Positions 58,086-64,000 of a stretch of DNA of 64,000 bases are shown here, piece after piece. The stretch is taken from the NCBI GenBank assembly GCA_964357635.1, contig CAYHLZ010000001.1, forward strand, positions 133,166 through 197,165, in the 5' to 3' direction. Position 1 is the stretch's first letter. Each line of letters opens with the position of its first letter. This DNA is from an uncultured Candidatus Saccharibacteria bacterium. Its GTDB lineage: Bacteria > Patescibacteriota > Minisyncoccia > Phycocordibacterales > Zambryskibacteraceae. The notes beneath the pieces were generated by a model. That model was not told the DNA's origin. It saw only the letters and a program-made list of their open reading frames with translations, and did not search any database. The translations under genes were made by a program, and so were the position numbers.

Positions 58086-58622
58086 ATGAAATTAAGTATT
58101 AGTCGAAAGCGTAAGGTGGTGTCCTTGTGGATACTTATCCTTTTCGCATTCAGTGTCGGAAACTACATTGCCACTGAACCTGTGGAGTCGGAAAAACCAC
58201 AACGAGTTCAGAACGCATTGCCACTCTCAACCTCAATCATTCGCGGTGACTACGGCAATATTCACACGGAACAGAGAATGGCCAGAGACGAATTCGAAAG
58301 AATCGTTGAGGCCTCTCCGTACGAAGTTGACATCCTGAATGTGAAGTACTTTTTCACCCCAGACGGCTTCATCGTCAAAATCGTCCCTGCTTTCTCGACA
58401 AGGCGGAAGACGATACACACGCAGTATCGCTATCTTGCTTTCGTCAGTAGCGATAAGGAGTTCGTTACGTATCTCACTTCAGGGTTTGAGGCATTTGAGC
58501 ACGAGGTCATCAGGAATGACGAAGTTTTTGAGAGCGGTGCCGAACTAACAGCGCCTGTCGGTGGCACAGAGGTTCCGGTTCTCATTCTCATCAAGACCAA
58601 ATCTATTTTGACCAAAACCTAG
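58086..58622 (+). CDS. Hypothetical secreted or membrane-anchored protein
   Basis: SD AAGGGAG; TTGACA at 58019; terminator at 58641-58665. Confidence 0.65.
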   Translation: MKLSISRKRKVVSLWILILFAFSVGNYIATEPVESEKPQRVQNALPLSTSIIRGDYGNIHTEQRMARDEFERIVEASPYEVDILNVKYFFTPDGFIVKIVPAFSTRRKTIHTQYRYLAFVSSDKEFVTYLTSGFEAFEHEVIRNDEVFESGAELTAPVGGTEVPVLILIKTKSILTKT

Positions 58623-58640
58623 AGTAACAACTGTTTACTC

Positions 58641-58665
58641 GGCACCCTACCCAAGGGTGCCTTTT
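58641..58665 (+). terminator. Intrinsic terminator
   Basis: GGCACCCT-ACCCA-AGGGTGCC-TTTT. Confidence 0.75.
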
Positions 58666-58739
58666 GTTAAAAAGAAAGAGGCGGAAAAAGATTTCTCTCG
58701 TCCGCCCCCGATGATGTTGTCACCATGTGTACTGACTGG

Positions 58740-58961
58740 TCAGAAGAACAGCTTAAGTTCCCTTGTTATACCTTTCTTGTCGTGAACGAGAAGCGTGTCC
58801 CCAGAACGAGCGAGATCAATCATGTGTTCGTAGAGCTTGAGCGCGTTCTTGGTGACTTCGGCGTAAGAGGATGCCTCCGTCTTGTCTTTGAGTGACCTTA
58901 GCCTCTTCATGGACACCGGAGACAATTCTAACTGGACTCTGGTGCTTGTTTTGCTCGGCAT
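58740..58961 (-). CDS. Ribbon-helix-helix (CopG-like) DNA-binding protein
   Basis: TRVQLEL..MKRLRSLK..TEASSYAEVTKNALKLYE. Confidence 0.7.
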   Translation of the reverse strand: MPSKTSTRVQLELSPVSMKRLRSLKDKTEASSYAEVTKNALKLYEHMIDLARSGDTLLVHDKKGITRELKLFF

Positions 58962-58963
58962 TT

Positions 58964-59365
58964 TTAGCTCCATTCGTTTCTAAAGATTCTGGTGGAGATG
59001 GTGAAGCTCAAGATAGAGATGACTATCGTGAGAATTACTTGCGCTCCGATGTACCACATGTAGAGGTATTCCACCATGAGGTACAACAAGAGTGTGTTGC
59101 CGATGAGAAAGGAAATGGTCATGGCGACATACAGCGCGAGCTGACGGCCAACCATGTGAGTTCCTTTGTTCTGGACATTCCAGAATTTCTGAAGCGTGAA
59201 GTTCAGTCCTGTGTTCAGAACGAACCCAATCACCGCAGAAATGACATACCAGACGCCGAAGTACTCCGTGAGGCCGTACAGCGCAGTGTAATAGGCAATG
59301 ACGCCGGCGACTCCTACAACGCAGAACCGCACGACTTGCCCGAGGCGAGACGTTTTGGTTCGCAT
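58964..59365 (-). CDS. GtrA family flippase-like membrane protein
   Basis: RFCVVG, NFTLQKFW, 4 TM segments. Confidence 0.85.
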   Translation of the reverse strand: MRTKTSRLGQVVRFCVVGVAGVIAYYTALYGLTEYFGVWYVISAVIGFVLNTGLNFTLQKFWNVQNKGTHMVGRQLALYVAMTISFLIGNTLLLYLMVEYLYMWYIGAQVILTIVISILSFTISTRIFRNEWS

Positions 59366-59436
59366 TGAGGATTCCCCTTCTCTGATTGTTGAAATGTGCG
59401 GTTCGGTTAGTAAATTATCAGGAATAACCTTAAAAA

Positions 59437-59676
59437 TCAAACAATTTCAAAAACTTTTATTTTGGACGTGGCGCCGGAGATGAGTCGGACTTGCAAGCGA
59501 GAAACTTTAAAATGTTCAGCTAAGATTTTTATAATTGCTTCATTGGCGCGACCTTCCACAGCTCGTTCTTTGACGGAAACTGTGTAAAATTCTTTACCGT
59601 CAGGCATGAGCTTAAGCGGTGGAAGAACAATCTTGTTTTCCTTTGCTCCCGGCTTGGCTTTAACAAAAATTTTCAT
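59437..59676 (-). CDS. DUF167/YggU family protein
   Basis: VKAKPGAK, AVEGRANEAI..LAEHF, LISGATSKIK. Confidence 0.88.
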   Translation of the reverse strand: MKIFVKAKPGAKENKIVLPPLKLMPDGKEFYTVSVKERAVEGRANEAIIKILAEHFKVSRLQVRLISGATSKIKVFEIV

Positions 59677-59764
59677 TGGCGGAGGCGAAGAGATTCGAAC
59701 TCTTGAGAGCTTGCGCCCTACACGCTTTCCAAGCGTGCGCACTAGACCACTATGCGACGCCTCC
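59677..59764 (-). tRNA. tRNA-Ser(GGA)
   Basis: GGAGGCG acceptor, CACGC-TTGGAAA-GCGTG anticodon arm, long variable arm, encoded CCA. Confidence 0.96.
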
Positions 59765-60010
59765 TAAGTAATTTTTTAACTTTTCCTTTAACACCTCTCT
59801 GCCATGACCGCTCTTAAAGTATTTTTCTGCGATACGAGCGTCTGTCTTATTAAGATACGCTTCATAGAACACTAAATCAAATTTTCCGTTCCTAGATGCA
59901 AAAGATGAACCCCTTGCTTGATGTTCCCTTATTCTCCTTTTTAAATCTTCTGTGTAACCATAGTAAAATTTACCATTGGATCTAAATCTTAATACGTAGA
60001 AGTAAAACAT
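59750..60010 (-). CDS. Stand-alone GIY-YIG nuclease
   Basis: YFYVL..FYYGYTEDLKRR..EH..LVFYEAY..A..AEKYFKSGHGR. Confidence 0.9.
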   Translation of the reverse strand: MFYFYVLRFRSNGKFYYGYTEDLKRRIREHQARGSSFASRNGKFDLVFYEAYLNKTDARIAEKYFKSGHGREVLKEKLKNYLGGVA

Positions 60011-60024
60011 CTTCTAATCCTAAA

Positions 60025-60059
60025 TCCGCCTCCTCGGCGGATGCGCCGGAGAGGCGCAA
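60025..60059 (-). repeat. 35-bp double-hairpin element, copy 2
   Basis: Identical to 19786-19820 in opposite orientation; 14 nt upstream of the GIY-YIG start. Confidence 0.92.
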
Positions 60060-60067
60060 GCAAATTT

Positions 60068-60664
60068 TCAAGAAACTTCCGAATACCTAACCACTTTATT
60101 TCGTCCGCCGTGTTTTGCAGCATAAAGTGCTTTGTCAGCACGCTTAACAAGCTCTAGAACATTAACTCCCGTTTCGGAAGAAGCAATGCCGGAGCTTATA
60201 GTTATGCGCAAATCTTCTAGTTCTGGAAAAACTATTTTCTCTATCGTTTCCCGTATTTCCTCCGCCTTGTCTCTAGCATCAGATTCGTCTGCACCCAAGA
60301 GAGATACGACAATCTCTTCCCCACCCCAACGTGAGGCAGTATCCCCTGTTCTTAAGCCACCTTGTATAGTTTCTGAAACTTTTTTTAAAACTATGTCACC
60401 GGTTTCGTGCCCGTATTTATCATTCACCGACTTAAAGTGATCTATATCAAAAAAGATAATGCCAATGTTTTTGAACCCGAACCATTCTTTTCTTTTTCCT
60501 TCCTTGTTTTGTGCTATAGCTCTTAAATAGACATCAAGTTCTTCTTCAAAAAAAGCTCGGGTTTTGAGTCCAGTAAGCGCATCATGGATAAGATCTTTTT
60601 CCAGGCCATGAACCTGCGCCTCAAGTTCGGTTATCCGGTTTTCCAGATTGTTGTTTTCTTTCAT
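60068..60664 (-). CDS. GGDEF-domain diguanylate cyclase
   Basis: DALTGL, DIDHFKSVND.YGH..GD, RWGGEEI, AD.ALYAAK..GRN. Confidence 0.9.
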   Translation of the reverse strand: MKENNNLENRITELEAQVHGLEKDLIHDALTGLKTRAFFEEELDVYLRAIAQNKEGKRKEWFGFKNIGIIFFDIDHFKSVNDKYGHETGDIVLKKVSETIQGGLRTGDTASRWGGEEIVVSLLGADESDARDKAEEIRETIEKIVFPELEDLRITISSGIASSETGVNVLELVKRADKALYAAKHGGRNKVVRYSEVS

Positions 60665-61554
60665 ATATTTTTTACTCCAACAAGGGCGCTAACTCTTTCT
60701 TCCACAGGTGGATGGGTCATGAAAAGTTTGTGTAAACCAGAAATCCTTTTTTCACCAAACGGGTTTGATATGAAAAGATGTGCTGTTGCATCGTTGGCGG
60801 TCCTCATGGGTGTCGGCACCGAACTAATCTTTTTTAAAGCACTTGCCAATCCTTCCGGGTAACGGGTCAGAAGTGCGCCACTTGCATCCGCCAAGAATTC
60901 TCGTTTACGTGAAATAGCTAAACGAATAAGAGTGGCTGCTAATGGCGCAAGTATGGCAAATATCAGTCCCACCAGTACTATGACAGCACCCGCTCTACCG
61001 TTGTCTCGCCCACCACCCCCATGAATTCGTGAACGTAAAAAGATATCTGATACAAGAGTAATAAACCCCGCAAGTACTACGACCACTGTGGAGAGAAGCA
61101 TGTCACGATTACCAATATGAGAGAGCTCATGTGCAATTACACCTTCAAGTTCATTTTTTTCTAAAATAGAAAGTAAACCTGTTGTTACTGCTACAACGGC
61201 ATGGCTCGAATCTCTGCCTGTGGCAAATGCATTTGGAGCGGAGTCTTCAACGATATAGAGTTTTGGCATCGGCAGACCTGCAGCGATGGAGAGGTTTTCT
61301 GTAGCATTCCACAGGTCAAAATACTCTTGTCTCGTGGCTAGTCTTGCTTTGTGTAATTTTAAAACAATCTTATCTGAAAACCAGTATGAGAAAATATTCA
61401 TAAAGATAGCGAAGAAAACTGCAAAATATAAAATACCTGGGCTTTCAAAATAGTAAGAAATAAACCAGCCCAGAACAATGACTAGGGCAAAGAAGAACGT
61501 CATCAGGAACCAGGTTTTAAGGATGTTCCTGTCTTGGTGAGTGTATAGATTCAT
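60661..61554 (-). CDS. htpX: Zinc metalloprotease HtpX (M48)
   Basis: PNAFATG, HELSH, SRKREFLAD, THPP. Confidence 0.94.
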   Translation of the reverse strand: MNLYTHQDRNILKTWFLMTFFFALVIVLGWFISYYFESPGILYFAVFFAIFMNIFSYWFSDKIVLKLHKARLATRQEYFDLWNATENLSIAAGLPMPKLYIVEDSAPNAFATGRDSSHAVVAVTTGLLSILEKNELEGVIAHELSHIGNRDMLLSTVVVVLAGFITLVSDIFLRSRIHGGGGRDNGRAGAVIVLVGLIFAILAPLAATLIRLAISRKREFLADASGALLTRYPEGLASALKKISSVPTPMRTANDATAHLFISNPFGEKRISGLHKLFMTHPPVEERVSALVGVKNI

Positions 61555-61558
61555 AGAC

Positions 61559-61602
61559 ACCCCGCTACTTGCCCCGCCATGGCGGGGTGAAGCGGGGCAA
61601 GC
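61559..61602. repeat. Nested GC-rich REP-like palindrome between lemA and htpX
   Basis: CCCCGCT..CCCCGCCATGGCGGGG..AGCGGGG. Confidence 0.6.
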
Positions 61603-62157
61603 TTAGAACTTAACTTCAACTGGGCTACGGCCTGCTATCTCCTCAAGTTCAAAGAATTCCATTTTGGCAAAATGAAATGCCTTAGCAATAAGGTTTGAAG
61701 GAAAAGATTCAACAGAAGTGTTCAAGTCACGAACATTGGTGTTATAGAAACGTCGCGCAGCCTGAATTTTATTTTCAGTATCAGATAATTCTTTCTGAAG
61801 TTCAAGAAAGTTGGTGTTCGCCTTAAGGTCCGGATAAGCTTCAGCAACGGCAAAAAGAGATTTGAGAGCTCCTGTTAGCATGTTTTCTGTCTTACTTTTT
61901 TCTGCGAGGTTTCCAGCACCCATGGCAAGCGCGCGCGCCTTGGTAACATTTTCAAATGCGCTTGATTCGTGCTTCGCGTAACCTTTTACAGAATTAACAA
62001 GGTTTGGGATAAGATCGTAACGGCGCTTGAGTTGAACATCAATATCTGCCCATGCTTCTTTAGCCCTGTTGATAATGCGGATAAAGTGGTTGTAAGCAAA
62101 AATTACCCACAAAACGAGAAGGGCAAGAATTGCTAAGACAATAAATGTTAATGACAT
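61603..62157 (-). CDS. lemA: LemA family protein
   Basis: IDVQLKRRYDLIPNLV, EAYPDLKA, ARRFYN. Confidence 0.95.
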   Translation of the reverse strand: MSLTFIVLAILALLVLWVIFAYNHFIRIINRAKEAWADIDVQLKRRYDLIPNLVNSVKGYAKHESSAFENVTKARALAMGAGNLAEKSKTENMLTGALKSLFAVAEAYPDLKANTNFLELQKELSDTENKIQAARRFYNTNVRDLNTSVESFPSNLIAKAFHFAKMEFFELEEIAGRSPVEVKF

Positions 62158-62175
62158 ATCTTTATTATAACAAAA

Positions 62176-63840
<1,665 letters not shown>

Positions 63841-64000
63841 TTATTTAATGACTGCTAAAACATTATCTTCTTTCAATAAATAAAGCTCTTCTCCGTCTTG
63901 AGAAACTTCATCATATCCATACTTAGAAAAAATGATCGTATCCCCCACCTTTATATTTATCGGCACAAGTTTACCCTCTAACCACTTACCTTCCCCAACC
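63841..64000 (-). CDS. groS: Co-chaperonin GroES, 5' truncated by the window edge
   Basis: Translated by hand: VGEGKWLEGKLVPINIKVGDTIIFSKYGYDEV..YLLKEDNVLAVIK*. Confidence 0.93.
   Translation of the reverse strand, partial: VGEGKWLEGKLVPINIKVGDTIIFSKYGYDEVSQDGEELYLLKEDNVLAVIK

Noticed and set aside
58892-59368. 158-aa plus-strand ORF
   Set aside because: Antisense shadow of the GtrA gene.
59437-59742. Long version of the DUF167 ORF
   Set aside because: The extension runs through tRNA-Ser; the real start is ATG 59676.

Overview
Gene-dense bacterial chromosome segment, standard code 11. It is most likely a CPR/Patescibacteria (Parcubacteria-like) genome; this is inferred from compact housekeeping genes, few Shine-Dalgarno motifs, many apparently leaderless genes and several miniaturised translation proteins. 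Most of the window is housekeeping: aminoacyl-tRNA synthetases (TrpS, AspS, GltX, CysS, single-subunit PheRS), scpAB, a dcw cluster split in two, dnaB, recR, gyrB, class II RNR, ribosomal proteins, a pentose-phosphate/glycolysis operon, htpX-lemA, groEL/ES and three tRNAs. The most striking feature is an ORF-free, heavily base-paired ~530-nt transcription unit (32472-33000, minus strand) with its own sigma70 promoter and terminator, divergent from tRNA-Glu. It is a candidate undescribed large ncRNA. Also notable are a GIY-YIG gene overlapping tRNA-Ser and preceded by a 35-bp double hairpin that recurs exactly 40 kb away, repeat-bounded ArsR and NUDIX genes, a frameshifted DUF2806-like gene, and a lysozyme-like gene that seems to need a non-canonical start codon. 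All calls come from reading motifs by eye; no database searches were run.
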